A DNA stretch of 64,000 bases from an uncultured Gemmatimonadales bacterium (GCA_963795085.1 CAWCFX010000001.1:320001-384000), one strand, 5' to 3'; positions 36,779 through 46,316 are shown, numbered from the stretch's first letter. Numbers and translations: made by a program. The notes: a model not told the origin generated them from the letters alone.

Positions 36779-37558
36779 TCAGTGGTCTACCCGCTCGTAT
36801 CCCTCGGGCACCGCGAAGAGCCGGGGGTCGAGCGGGCGGGGGCTGAGCGCGATGATCTCCTGGACCTGGTAGTCGTCGAGCCTGGTTCCGTCCATGTCCA
36901 CCAACTGGACCAGGATGGGCACCCCCAGTTGCACCAGGCCCAGCAGGCGGTCTTCCGCCGTGGCGGTCGGCATGGGGATGGACCGGGCCAGATCCTCCAG
37001 CACCCGGGTCAGGGCGGGGTAGTCGTGGGTCAGCCAGGCCCGCACGACATTGTCTCCAGCCACTGCTTCATAGGCGGTGGCCTCGATGCCATTGATCTTC
37101 CGGCTCAGGTTGAGGGGCCGCACCATGTATCCTCCCACCTGCAGCATCGGGAAGAGGGGGCGGGTCAATTCGGGGATCGAGATCTCGCGGTAGGTCTCCT
37201 GTTCCGGGTTGACCATCCGGATGGTGCCGTCGTCGAGATTGATCAGTGTGTAGTTCGATTCGTCGCCCTCGTCCGCTTCCAGCCGCATCAGGCGTCCCTT
37301 GATCAGGTAGGTCCGGAGCGAACTCGCCGCGGCGGGTGAGCCGTCCTTCGCCTTGAGCTGGATCAACCGGTCGCTGGGGAGGTCCAGCAGGGCGGGTATC
37401 TGAATGGTGCGGATGGCCTCGGCCCGGTCGACGTCCACGTCAATCAGGCGGATGCGGACGATGCCCTCGAACTCCTGGGCACGGACGCCGGCTGGCGACC
37501 ATGCCGCCAGACCGAGGGCGAGGCCCAGAATCCGAATTCCTGCCGTTAGGTGTGTCAC
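36779..37558 (-). CDS. Exported DUF4412-like protein
   Basis: Signal peptide ending VRAQ, FEG, RKINGIEATAY..W, LFAVPEGY. Confidence 0.7.
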   Translation of the reverse strand: MTHLTAGIRILGLALGLAAWSPAGVRAQEFEGIVRIRLIDVDVDRAEAIRTIQIPALLDLPSDRLIQLKAKDGSPAAASSLRTYLIKGRLMRLEADEGDESNYTLINLDDGTIRMVNPEQETYREISIPELTRPLFPMLQVGGYMVRPLNLSRKINGIEATAYEAVAGDNVVRAWLTHDYPALTRVLEDLARSIPMPTATAEDRLLGLVQLGVPILVQLVDMDGTRLDDYQVQEIIALSPRPLDPRLFAVPEGYERVDH

Positions 37559-37597
37559 CCGGGAAACTTCTGGCCGTGGCCGCGGCGGGTCAACCCT

Positions 37598-38443
37598 TCA
37601 GTTGACCCACTCCACGCTGATATTGCCGACGGTGGTCTTGAGGTCGATGCGGATGGTGCGGGCGCCCGCCGCGGCGGGGGCCGAGATCCAGCTATCACCG
37701 CGCCGGGTAAACCCCGCCGGGTTGAAGCTCGCCAGGAAGCGGTCCACCCGAAGTTCGACCCCCAGCCCGCGAGGGACCCGGAGGGTCAGCCCTCCGACGG
37801 CCACTTCGGCCACCAGCCTCGCATCGGCCGGCCAATCGCCGGTCAGGTCCACCATGACCTCGCCGACCCCGCCTGCCACCCGGACCTCGCGGCACCCGCT
37901 GTTTCCCAGGCCGATGATCTCCACTGCGGCGGCCCCCGCGTCCACCTCCAGGCTGCTGCAGACGGCCAGGTTGGGCCGGGAGAATCGGAGGCTGGTTCGG
38001 CTGGCCGTGGTGCGGATGCGGGCATCGGTCAGGCGCAGGCCGCCCAGGTCCAGGCCGGCTTCTACCGCGCCGAAGGTGGCGTCGAGCGATAGGCTGACGT
38101 CCGGGGACAATTCGATCGTGGCGCTCTGCTGGAGATGCCGTTTTGAACTGACCCGGAGCCCTCCGTTGCCCACGTTGCGCACGCCCAGCAGCAGCCCCTT
38201 CCCGGCGGCATCGTACTGGCTGAGGGGTGCGAACCGGTCGGCATCGTACTGCAGTTCCATGCGATAGAGCTGGGACCCGTGGGCTGGCCGCAGGGTGACG
38301 GACCCGGCGGCAAACTCCACCCGGGCGGCCAGCTCGGTCGCCGCGTGCCGCTGCCGGGTGACCGTCGTGCTGCGCATGGTCTGGGCGGCCAGCGGCGTGC
38401 TGATCAGCAGGAGGCCCAGCGCGACAGGCCCGATGGAGGACAC
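37598..38443 (-). CDS. Exported LiaF/DUF2154-like beta-repeat protein
   Basis: Signal peptide; repeated x-G-x-G beta turns (DLGGLRL, AGGVGEV, VAVGGLTLRVP). Confidence 0.7.
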   Translation of the reverse strand: MSSIGPVALGLLLISTPLAAQTMRSTTVTRQRHAATELAARVEFAAGSVTLRPAHGSQLYRMELQYDADRFAPLSQYDAAGKGLLLGVRNVGNGGLRVSSKRHLQQSATIELSPDVSLSLDATFGAVEAGLDLGGLRLTDARIRTTASRTSLRFSRPNLAVCSSLEVDAGAAAVEIIGLGNSGCREVRVAGGVGEVMVDLTGDWPADARLVAEVAVGGLTLRVPRGLGVELRVDRFLASFNPAGFTRRGDSWISAPAAAGARTIRIDLKTTVGNISVEWVN

Positions 38444-38447
38444 CGGG

Positions 38448-40025
38448 TCAGAGGTCCCGGTTGAGGCTGCGGGGCCGCTTGGCGGCCGGTACGCCGAACT
38501 GCGGCGTCGCCCAGAGGTATTCGTCGGTGAGCGCTTCGGGCGGGAGGATCCGGCCGGTAAACGCCTCCCGCACTCCCGCGCGGCTCAGCAGGGTGGCGCC
38601 GAGTCCCACCGTGACCAGCAGCCAGGTGACGAGAATGGCGGCAAGCTTGATGATCATCCCGGCCACGGGCACCCACCCGAAGACCACCCAGCCTCCCCAG
38701 AATCCCATCATCAACGCCAGTCCGACCATGATGTACCGGTAACTGTTGGGAGAGGCGGCCGACATGCCGAGAGCCAGCCGCCGCCGGGTGTAGCTCTCGC
38801 CGATCGCGTGGGCGGCCGCGAGGTAGCCGCCGACCACCCCCAGCAGCAGGAGCAGGCCATAGGCGAGGACGGCGAAGGGAATGAGGAGCACGCCGACCAC
38901 GCTCAGCAGAAGGCCCACTACCAGCATCCCGAAGGTGGGGAGCAAGAGCATCTGGGCCAGCAGCCCGACCACGAAGGACCGGCCGAAGGTGTGGCCGACC
39001 GTGTCGGCGACCACCTCGAGATTGTTGCGGCCGAAGAGGACGAGTCCAAAGCCCAGCGCCAGCAGCGTGAAGAAGACCCCCATCACGCCGGCGGCGTTTC
39101 TCAGGACCAGTTGGACCCCTCCCAGGGGCGGTGGCAGCGGAATGGTATTGGCGGCCGGGGCTGGCGCCAGAGTACGGATCTCGCCGCGGATATCGCCCCC
39201 GGCGTCCTGGACTTCGCCGCCCAGGGCCAGCACGTCTCCGGTGACCACCGCGCCGGGGTGGACCACGATGTCGCCATCTACGGTGGCGAGGTTTCCGTTA
39301 AAGATTCCGTAAATGTTGGCGTTCCCGCGAAGCAGCAGGAGGTGGCCGTTCCGGGTCTCGCCCGAGCCGATCGTGAAGTCGCCAAACCGTGCCATACCGC
39401 CGGGAACCGTCAGCCGGAGTACGGCCGGGTCGGTCCCGGCGAACCGCCGCAGCGGGGGTTCCAGGGCAGCCGGGTTGGACAGATCATCGAGCGAAACGGA
39501 GTTGCCGCCGGAGGGGGACTGCTGCACGGCCTGGGACCTGGCGGCCGGGGCCGATGCTACCCGCAGGGTATGCAGCCGGCTCTGGACCCGGCTGGCCGCC
39601 GGGTTCTCCTCGGGCGCCAGGTCACGGGGTTCCCAGTCATGCGCCAGCTCGATCACGTCGGCGGTCGGCCGCCGGCCGGCCTCGAGCACCAGATCACGGA
39701 AGGAATGGTGAAGCCGGCCGCCCGGCCGGTAATGCCCGACCGGGCGATCGTTGATGAGCACGTCTCCCTCCGCCATTGCGATCTCCAGCGTCCGCTCGCC
39801 GGTAAGCCGGAAACTGAGGCCCATCCGCTCGGCGGCGACGCTGGTGAGGTGATGAGTCACCGCCAGCGGACGGTTCCCCGGCTTCAGCAGGCCGCGAAGG
39901 TACTCCAGGGATACGTCAATGGGACTGCCGGGGTCCTCGCAGGCGGGGGAAGGGACCGGGGCGAGGAACAGCAGTCCGAGGGTCAACCCAACCGGAGCTT
40001 GTAGGTGTCGAAGGAGATCAGGCAT
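38448..40025 (-). CDS. Membrane protein with bactofilin/polymer-forming-like beta-helix segment
   Basis: GNANIYG...GNLATVDGDI...GAVVTGDVLALGGEV followed by several TM helices. Confidence 0.75.
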   Translation of the reverse strand: MPDLLRHLQAPVGLTLGLLFLAPVPSPACEDPGSPIDVSLEYLRGLLKPGNRPLAVTHHLTSVAAERMGLSFRLTGERTLEIAMAEGDVLINDRPVGHYRPGGRLHHSFRDLVLEAGRRPTADVIELAHDWEPRDLAPEENPAASRVQSRLHTLRVASAPAARSQAVQQSPSGGNSVSLDDLSNPAALEPPLRRFAGTDPAVLRLTVPGGMARFGDFTIGSGETRNGHLLLLRGNANIYGIFNGNLATVDGDIVVHPGAVVTGDVLALGGEVQDAGGDIRGEIRTLAPAPAANTIPLPPPLGGVQLVLRNAAGVMGVFFTLLALGFGLVLFGRNNLEVVADTVGHTFGRSFVVGLLAQMLLLPTFGMLVVGLLLSVVGVLLIPFAVLAYGLLLLLGVVGGYLAAAHAIGESYTRRRLALGMSAASPNSYRYIMVGLALMMGFWGGWVVFGWVPVAGMIIKLAAILVTWLLVTVGLGATLLSRAGVREAFTGRILPPEALTDEYLWATPQFGVPAAKRPRSLNRDL

Positions 40026-40620
40026 TGGCGCGTACCAGACCAGACGTGGGAGCCATGAGCAGCCGCCGCAGGGTCAGCACGCCGGTAAGATACGCGAGGG
40101 TGAGTGACCCGGATACCACGGCCAGCCGTTCCGGAGAGCCCACCAGGGATTTAAGAGAGTCGTACCAGGGTTGCTCCAGCAGGTTGGCCGCGAGGCCGCG
40201 CACCCCGACCCAGAGGGCCTGGCCCCCCTGGCTTGTCAGCCATTGTCCCGCTGCGGTCATGGTGTCCTGGTTGGACAGGCTCCAGGCGATACTGGCGCCC
40301 ATGGAACCCAGCACCGCCACCGCCACGCTCGCCGCCAGTGCCAGGGAGCGACGGGAGGCAAAGACGCGGCGCCGGGTGCGGGTCCACAGGGGAACCGGGG
40401 CTGCGGCCGGCTTGAGCGCCACCATGACCCGCTCGGCAAACCCGGAGGCCGGGGCAAAGAGCGGCAAGGCGGCAAGCCGGGCGGCCAGCTGTTGTTCGGC
40501 CCGGGCGAAGTCGCGGCACTCATCACACATCTCGATGTGCCGGAGCTTGATGACATCGAGGTGCCCATCGAGGAGCGCGTCGAGGTCGTTTACGGTGAGA
40601 TGCAGCGAGTCACGAGTCAT
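40018..40620 (-). CDS. Zinc-finger anti-sigma factor-like membrane protein
   Basis: HIEMCDEC (HxxxCxxC), FAERVM, two TM segments; follows the ECF sigma gene. Confidence 0.82.
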   Translation of the reverse strand: MTRDSLHLTVNDLDALLDGHLDVIKLRHIEMCDECRDFARAEQQLAARLAALPLFAPASGFAERVMVALKPAAAPVPLWTRTRRRVFASRRSLALAASVAVAVLGSMGASIAWSLSNQDTMTAAGQWLTSQGGQALWVGVRGLAANLLEQPWYDSLKSLVGSPERLAVVSGSLTLAYLTGVLTLRRLLMAPTSGLVRANA

Positions 40621-40632
40621 AACGGTTCCTCT

Positions 40633-40659
40633 TACGACGGGGGCAGAGGGGAGGTTTCA
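40633..40659 (-). promoter_or_regulatory. ECF-type promoter between sigma and anti-sigma genes
   Basis: TGAAAC-N17-CGTA on the minus strand; the TGA is the sigma stop codon. Confidence 0.6.
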
Positions 40660-41262
40660 TTCGCGAAGGTCCGAGAGCGCCTGGCGTAACTCGTTGCGGG
40701 CGCGGTGGATATACGTCTTGACCGTACCCAGGGGAAGTTCCAGCATTTCGGCGATTTCTTCATACGGACGGCCCTCGACATGACGGAGCAGGATGCAGGA
40801 CCGGTATTCGGGCCGGAGCTGCCCGATCGCCACCTCGATGGCGCCCCCCAGTTCCCGCGCCTCCAGTTCCTCCAGCGGGGTCTCCGCCCGGTCGCCGATC
40901 TGCAGCGCCGTGGCTTCGACCGCGTCCGCGGTCTCGGCGTTCGGGGATCCGTCGAGAGACAGGGTGTTGAGTTCGCGCCGCCGGAGCTGATCGATGGAGG
41001 CGTTGTTGGCGATCTTGAAGATCCAGGAGGAGAACTTGAACTCGGGGCGGTAGGACTCGATGGCGTTGAGCGCCTTGACGAAGGTTTCCTGGGCGAGATC
41101 CTCGGCCAGCTCGCGGTCGCGGACCATGCGGTAGATAAGACTGAACACGGGGCGCTCGTACCGCCGGACCAGCTCGCGGTACGCCGCCTCCCGTCCTTCC
41201 CGCGCCAGCAGCACGACTTCCTGGTCCGTGGCGGAGGCCAGGTCGGTCCGCTGATCAGCCAC
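40657..41262 (-). CDS. ECF RNA polymerase sigma factor (SigW/RpoE-like)
   Basis: AEDLAQETF, KFSSWIFKIANN, YEEIAEML.LPLGTVKTYIHRAR. Confidence 0.95.
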   Translation of the reverse strand: MADQRTDLASATDQEVVLLAREGREAAYRELVRRYERPVFSLIYRMVRDRELAEDLAQETFVKALNAIESYRPEFKFSSWIFKIANNASIDQLRRRELNTLSLDGSPNAETADAVEATALQIGDRAETPLEELEARELGGAIEVAIGQLRPEYRSCILLRHVEGRPYEEIAEMLELPLGTVKTYIHRARNELRQALSDLRE

Positions 41263-41315
41263 GCGGCGGATTCCAGCTTGCGGAGGGGGTCAACTCCCGG
41301 CTACATTCGCCGCCG

Positions 41316-42047
41316 ATGTCGGCCTCGGATGACACAGTCGCAAGTACCGCTGGCGCCGCGAAGCGTGCGTACGTCCGGGGCATGTTCACGGCAATCGCCC
41401 CCCGATACGATCTTCTCAATCATCTCCTGAGCCTCAATGTGGACCGTCTGTGGCGTCGCCAGGCGGTGAAGCTGCTCAACTGGGAGCGGAGGCCCGCCGG
41501 CCGGTATCTTGACCTCTGCGCGGGGACCCTGGACCTCGCGGCCGCGCTGGCGCGGTCGCGCGGGTTTTCCGGCCAGGTCATCGGTGCCGACTTCGTCCTC
41601 GCGATGCTCCAGCGGGGGAGGGACAAGGCCGCCGCAGTCCTGCCGCTTACGGCGGACGCCCTGGACCTGCCGTTCGCCGATGCCTCGTTCGACGGGGCAA
41701 CCGTCGGGTTCGGCGTGCGCAACCTGGCCGACCTGGACCAGGGCCTCCGGGAGGCCGCCCGCGTCCTCCGCCCCGGGGCTCGGCTGGTGGTGCTCGAATT
41801 CACCACGCCATCGCGCCAGCCGCTCAAAGGGATCTATCTGGGGTATTTCAGGCACCTGCTGCCGACGATTGGTCGCCTGGTGTCCAAACATACGACGGCC
41901 TATACCTACTTGCCAGAGTCGGTGCTCAATTTTCCTTCGCCGGCGGCCCTGGCGGAGCGGATGAGCGCCGCCGGTTTCACCGCGGTGCAGTACAAGACGC
42001 TCTTCGGGGGTATCTGCGCACTCCATGTCGGGGTCGTCCCCGGATAA
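41316..42047 (+). CDS. ubiE: Ubiquinone/menaquinone biosynthesis methyltransferase (UbiE/MenG)
   Basis: IAPRYDLLNHLLS, LDLCAGT, DALDLPF, GFGVRN, YTYLPES. Confidence 0.92.
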   Translation: MSASDDTVASTAGAAKRAYVRGMFTAIAPRYDLLNHLLSLNVDRLWRRQAVKLLNWERRPAGRYLDLCAGTLDLAAALARSRGFSGQVIGADFVLAMLQRGRDKAAAVLPLTADALDLPFADASFDGATVGFGVRNLADLDQGLREAARVLRPGARLVVLEFTTPSRQPLKGIYLGYFRHLLPTIGRLVSKHTTAYTYLPESVLNFPSPAALAERMSAAGFTAVQYKTLFGGICALHVGVVPG

Positions 42048-42102
42048 ACTGGAGGGCAGGCCGTGCTCCCAGCCTCGTTCCCCGTCATCACAAGGTTGCC
42101 TC

Positions 42103-43590
42103 ATGGCGCTAGACACCACCCGGGAATTCATCGAGGCGATCGAAAAAGCCGGCGAACTGGTGCGCGTCGGCCATCCAGTTCGCGCCCGCCTGGAGATCGC
42201 CGAGATCGCCGACCGCTGCATGAAGAGTCCTGGTGGCGGGCCCGCGCTCCTGTTCGAACACGTCCTGCTGGACGACGGCAGCCGCAGCGCCTGGCCGGTG
42301 GCGATCAACCTGTATGGCTCCATGCGGCGCATGCAGCTGGCTCTCGGCGTGGAGGACCTGAACGAGATCGGCGGCCGCATCAGCGAGTTGCTGAACCTCA
42401 AGGTGCCGGAGGGGTTGTTCGGCAAACTGGCGATGCTGCCGCGGCTGGCCGAGGTCGCCAAGTTTCCGCCCCGGGTGAAGGGCGGCCGCCCGGCCTGCCA
42501 GGACCGGGTGCTGCAGGGCAGCGAGATTGACCTGACCCGGCTTCCCTTCCTCACCACCTGGCCCCAGGACGGCGGCCCCTACATCACGCTGCCGATGGTC
42601 ATCACCACCGATCCCGTCCGGGGCATTCGCAACGTCGGGATGTATCGCATCCAGGTCCTGGGCCGGGATACCCTGGCCATGCACTGGCAGCGCCACAAGG
42701 TGGGAGCGGCCCATTGGAGGGAAATGGCCGCCCGGGGCGAGCGGATGCCGGTGGCGATCGCCATCGGCGGTGATCCCGCCAGCGTGTACTCGGGATCGGC
42801 CCCGCTCCCGCCGACCATTGACGAGTTCATCTTCGCCGGGTTTCTCCGGAAGTCGCCGGTCGAACTGGCCCGGGCGGTTACCGGCGACCTGGAGGTGCCG
42901 GGCGAGGCCGACTTCGTCATCGAAGGCTTTATCGATCCGGCCGAGGACCTGGTCCTGGAAGGGCCGTTCGGAGACCATACCGGGTTCTATTCCCTGGCCG
43001 ACTACTACCCGATGGTGCATGTCACGGCGGTGACCATGCGACGCGACCCGGTGTACATCGCCACCCTGGTGGGACGGCCGCCCATGGAGGATTTTTACCT
43101 CGGTCATGCCACCGAACGGATCTTCCTCCCGCTGCTCAAGCTCACCGTCCCCGAGATCGTGGACTACCACATGCCGGCGCCGGGCATCTTTCACAACCTG
43201 GTGTTCGTGTCGATCGACAAGCAGTATCCCGGCCAGGCCTACAAGGTGATGAACGCGCTGTGGGGCCAGGGCCTGATGTCGCTGGCCAAGGTGCTGGTCG
43301 TCGTGGACAAGGACGTGAATGTGCAGGACCCGGATGAGGCCTGGTGGATCGCGCTCAACAACATCGATCCCGAGCGCGACGTACGGTTCACCATGGGCCC
43401 GGCGGACGTGCTGGACCATGCCAGCCGGGCCTTCACCTACGGCAGCAAGATGGGGATTGACGGCACCCGGAAGTGGAAGGAAGAGGGCTTCGACCGGGAA
43501 TGGCCGGAACGGATCACCATGGATGAGGAAACCAAGGTGCGGGTGGACGAGATGTGGCCGAGGCTGGGCATCTCCCTCGGCGGCAGGTAG
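42103..43590 (+). CDS. ubiD: UbiD-family menaquinone biosynthesis decarboxylase (MqnL-like)
   Basis: RNVGMYR, MHWQ.HK, EGPFGDHTGFY, GRPPMED, LDHA, KMGIDGT. Confidence 0.92.
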   Translation: MALDTTREFIEAIEKAGELVRVGHPVRARLEIAEIADRCMKSPGGGPALLFEHVLLDDGSRSAWPVAINLYGSMRRMQLALGVEDLNEIGGRISELLNLKVPEGLFGKLAMLPRLAEVAKFPPRVKGGRPACQDRVLQGSEIDLTRLPFLTTWPQDGGPYITLPMVITTDPVRGIRNVGMYRIQVLGRDTLAMHWQRHKVGAAHWREMAARGERMPVAIAIGGDPASVYSGSAPLPPTIDEFIFAGFLRKSPVELARAVTGDLEVPGEADFVIEGFIDPAEDLVLEGPFGDHTGFYSLADYYPMVHVTAVTMRRDPVYIATLVGRPPMEDFYLGHATERIFLPLLKLTVPEIVDYHMPAPGIFHNLVFVSIDKQYPGQAYKVMNALWGQGLMSLAKVLVVVDKDVNVQDPDEAWWIALNNIDPERDVRFTMGPADVLDHASRAFTYGSKMGIDGTRKWKEEGFDREWPERITMDEETKVRVDEMWPRLGISLGGR

Positions 43591-43592
43591 CC

Positions 43593-44489
43593 ATGGGCGA
43601 GGTGCGGGAAGGCCAGACCTTCGCGGGGCGGTCGCTGTTTTCCCGCTATCTCAGTTTCGTCAAGCTGCCCCACACGATCTTCGCCCTGCCGTTCGCCCTG
43701 CTCGGCGTCCTGGCCGCCTCTTTCATCGCCCCGGTGACGCTCCGGGCTGTGGCCCTGGTCGTGCTCGCCTTCTCGGCCGCCCGCTGGGCCGCGATGGGCT
43801 TCAACCGGATCGCCGACCGCCGGTACGATGCCCGGAACCCCCGTACCGCCAACCGGGAGCTGCCCCGGGGCGCCCTTTCCCTGGCGCAGGCGTGGCTCTC
43901 GGTCATCGTCGCTATCATCCTGTTTCTTGTGGCCTGCTGGCTGCTGAACCCCCTCTGCCTGGCCCTGAGCCCGCTGGCGCTGTGCTGGATCCTCGTCTAC
44001 AGCCTGGCCAAACGGTTCACCTGGTGGCCCCATCTGTGGCTGGGGCTGAGCCTGGCGATCGCCCCGGTGGGCGGCTACCTCGCCATTACCGGGCGCTGGA
44101 GCGAGCCCTGGTGGCTTCTCCTCGTCATCACGGTGGCCGTGGCCACCTGGGTCGGGGGCTTTGACATTTTCTACGCCCTCCCCGATGAAGACTTCGACCG
44201 GGACCAGCGCCTCAAGAGCGCCGTGGTCCGCCTGGGGCAGCGGAACAGCATCCTGCTGGCCAAGTCACTCCACGGGATCACCCTTCCGGCACTGGCCCTG
44301 TTTGGCTATGTCGCGGGGTTCGGGGTATGGTACTTTGCAGGCGTCGCCGCGGCGGCGCTCATCCTGGCCTGGGAACACCACCTCGTCCGGCCGGGAGACC
44401 TGAGCCGGCTCGACGCGGCATTTTTTACCATGAACGGGGTCATGAGCGTAACGGTCTTCGGGTTTGCCCTGCTGGACCGGCTACTTTGA
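43593..44489 (+). CDS. ubiA: UbiA-like polyprenyltransferase (MqnP-like)
   Basis: HTIFALPF, AMGFNRIADR.YD..NPRT..RELP, FDIFYAL.DEDFD, AFFTMNG. Confidence 0.9.
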   Translation: MGEVREGQTFAGRSLFSRYLSFVKLPHTIFALPFALLGVLAASFIAPVTLRAVALVVLAFSAARWAAMGFNRIADRRYDARNPRTANRELPRGALSLAQAWLSVIVAIILFLVACWLLNPLCLALSPLALCWILVYSLAKRFTWWPHLWLGLSLAIAPVGGYLAITGRWSEPWWLLLVITVAVATWVGGFDIFYALPDEDFDRDQRLKSAVVRLGQRNSILLAKSLHGITLPALALFGYVAGFGVWYFAGVAAAALILAWEHHLVRPGDLSRLDAAFFTMNGVMSVTVFGFALLDRLL

Positions 44490-44502
44490 AAGCGAGGAAG
44501 GT

Positions 44503-44652
44503 ATGAGCAAGAAGAAAAAACACCGGCCGGATTTCCTTCCGACCCCCAAGCCCGCGCAGCAGCCGGGCGTCTCCCGCGTCAAGCAACCGCCGCCACCGCG
44601 GCCCCCGGCCCATCCGGTGCGGACGCCCACCGGCAGCCGGAGAGGCGGGTGA
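44503..44652 (+). CDS. 49-aa basic, proline-rich small protein
   Basis: GAGGAAGG RBS before ATG; stop overlaps the ubiX GTG (GTGA); fills the gap between operon genes. Confidence 0.6.
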   Translation: MSKKKKHRPDFLPTPKPAQQPGVSRVKQPPPPRPPAHPVRTPTGSRRGG

Positions 44653-45242
44653 CCCAAACCCAGCTGCCCGTGGTCCTCGCCATCACGGGGGCCTCCGGCG
44701 CGCCATACGCGGTGCGCCTGCTCGAGGTTCTGGCGGGCAACCGGGTGCCCACCTGGCTGATCGTGTCCGGGCACGGGTGGCGGCTGCTGAATGAGGAGTG
44801 CGGCATTGAAGACCAGGACGCGCTGCAGGGAAAAACCGGGGGCGACTGGAATTCGGTAACCAGTTTTCCGGATGGCGACCGGGGCGCCCTGCCGGCCAGC
44901 GGATCCCGGAAAACGGCGGGCATGGTGATCTGCCCCTGCTCGATGGGCACCGTATCGGCCATCGCCCAGGGTTCCAGCCGGTCCCTGGTGGAACGGGCGG
45001 CGGATGTCACCCTGAAGGAGCGGCGCAGACTCGTCCTCGTCCCTCGCGAAACCCCCCTTTCGCTGGTCCACCTCCGTAACCTCACCCAGGTCACCGAGGC
45101 CGGGGCCGTCGTCGTTCCGGCGGCCCCCGGCTTTTATCACCGGCCGACCCAGATATCGGAACTGGTGGATTTCCTGGTGCAGCGGGTGCTGGATCAGCTG
45201 GACCTCCCGATCGAGATCGCCAAGCGCTGGGGTCAGGCGTGA
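44649..45242 (+). CDS. ubiX: Flavin prenyltransferase
   Basis: ITGASG, ASGS, PCSMGT, RAADVTLKERR, RETP, PGFYH. Confidence 0.95.
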   Translation: MTQTQLPVVLAITGASGAPYAVRLLEVLAGNRVPTWLIVSGHGWRLLNEECGIEDQDALQGKTGGDWNSVTSFPDGDRGALPASGSRKTAGMVICPCSMGTVSAIAQGSSRSLVERAADVTLKERRRLVLVPRETPLSLVHLRNLTQVTEAGAVVVPAAPGFYHRPTQISELVDFLVQRVLDQLDLPIEIAKRWGQA

Positions 45243-45284
45243 CGGCCGTGCCCGGCGGACACCAGTTATCAAGGCCATCGATTC

Positions 45285-45764
45285 ATGCGGCTGGGAATCA
45301 TTTCCGACACGCACGGCCTGCTCCGGCCCGAGGTGTTCGAAGTCTTCAGCGAGGTGGACCATATTATCCACGCGGGGGACGTCGGGCCCGCCGGCCTGCT
45401 GGCCGAACTCGAGGCGATCGCGCCGGTGACCGCGGTGTGGGGCAACACCGACGGGTGGGACATCCGGAACAGGCTACCCGAGGTGGTGGAACGGCGCATC
45501 GAGGGCTTCGACTTCGTGATTCTCCACGGCCACCAGTTCGGGTCGCCCACTCCGGAACTGATCAATCAAACCTATCCCGCGGCCGAGGTCATCGTGTTCG
45601 GCCACACCCACCGGCCGCTGCTCACCACCCTCGACCTGGTCGTCACGGCGGTAAATCCCGGCGGCGCCGGCCACCGCCGGTTCGACCTCCTGCCCTCAGT
45701 CGCCATCATGGAGCTGGAACCCGGCATACCGCCCCGGGCGAGACTGGTGCCGCTTGGGAATTGA
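45285..45764 (+). CDS. Metallophosphoesterase, YfcE/MJ0936 family
   Basis: SDTHG, HAGD, GNTD, HGH, GHTH, NPG. Confidence 0.9.
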   Translation: MRLGIISDTHGLLRPEVFEVFSEVDHIIHAGDVGPAGLLAELEAIAPVTAVWGNTDGWDIRNRLPEVVERRIEGFDFVILHGHQFGSPTPELINQTYPAAEVIVFGHTHRPLLTTLDLVVTAVNPGGAGHRRFDLLPSVAIMELEPGIPPRARLVPLGN

Positions 45765-45901
45765 GGGAAGGGGGGATGTTGGAATTGAGGGAATTGAGGG
45801 AATTGAGGGAATGTTGGAATTGAGGGAATTGAGGGAATGGGAATTGAGGGAATGTTGGAATAGAAATCCAATTCCCTCAATTCCAACATTCCCTCAATTC
45901 C
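45756..45901. repeat. GGAATTGAG/GGAATGTT tandem array with a terminal inverted copy
   Basis: Mixed 9- and 8-bp units at 45756-45861; 45871-45901 is the exact reverse complement of 45799-45829; lies between convergent genes. Confidence 0.92.
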
Positions 45902-45902
45902 G

Positions 45903-46316
45903 TCAATCTATTGGTGGCGCCTGGCTCGCCGGCCCCATGCCGATCCCCGCGATTTTCCCCTGGTGGGTGATGACCCAGCGCAGCAGAAACGGTTCGGGCA
46001 TCACATCCATCGTCGCGCTTCTCCAGTATTGCCGCTGGCCATTCCTGGTGATGAACTTCTCCTCGAGGATCGCCACCTCGTTGCCCGCCCGGGTGGCGAC
46101 CATCAGCATCCGCTGCTGAAGATCCGCAACCGTCATGCTGGCCTGACCGGCGCTATCCATCGCCGCCAGCAGGCTGTCGGCCATGCCGGTGTAGAACCAG
46201 CGGGTAAACTTCCGGCCCAGTTCCATGGAGTCGGCGGGCAATTGCTGCTGGGCCTGGGCGGCGCCCGATGTCACGAGCAGTGCGCCGATCAACCAGGCGG
46301 TTCGCAAACGTCGCAT
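45903..46316 (-). CDS. Small exported hypothetical protein
   Basis: AAGGA RBS; signal peptide ending AQAQ; GKIAGI C-terminal strand is DUF3887-like. Confidence 0.7.
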   Translation of the reverse strand: MRRLRTAWLIGALLVTSGAAQAQQQLPADSMELGRKFTRWFYTGMADSLLAAMDSAGQASMTVADLQQRMLMVATRAGNEVAILEEKFITRNGQRQYWRSATMDVMPEPFLLRWVITHQGKIAGIGMGPASQAPPID

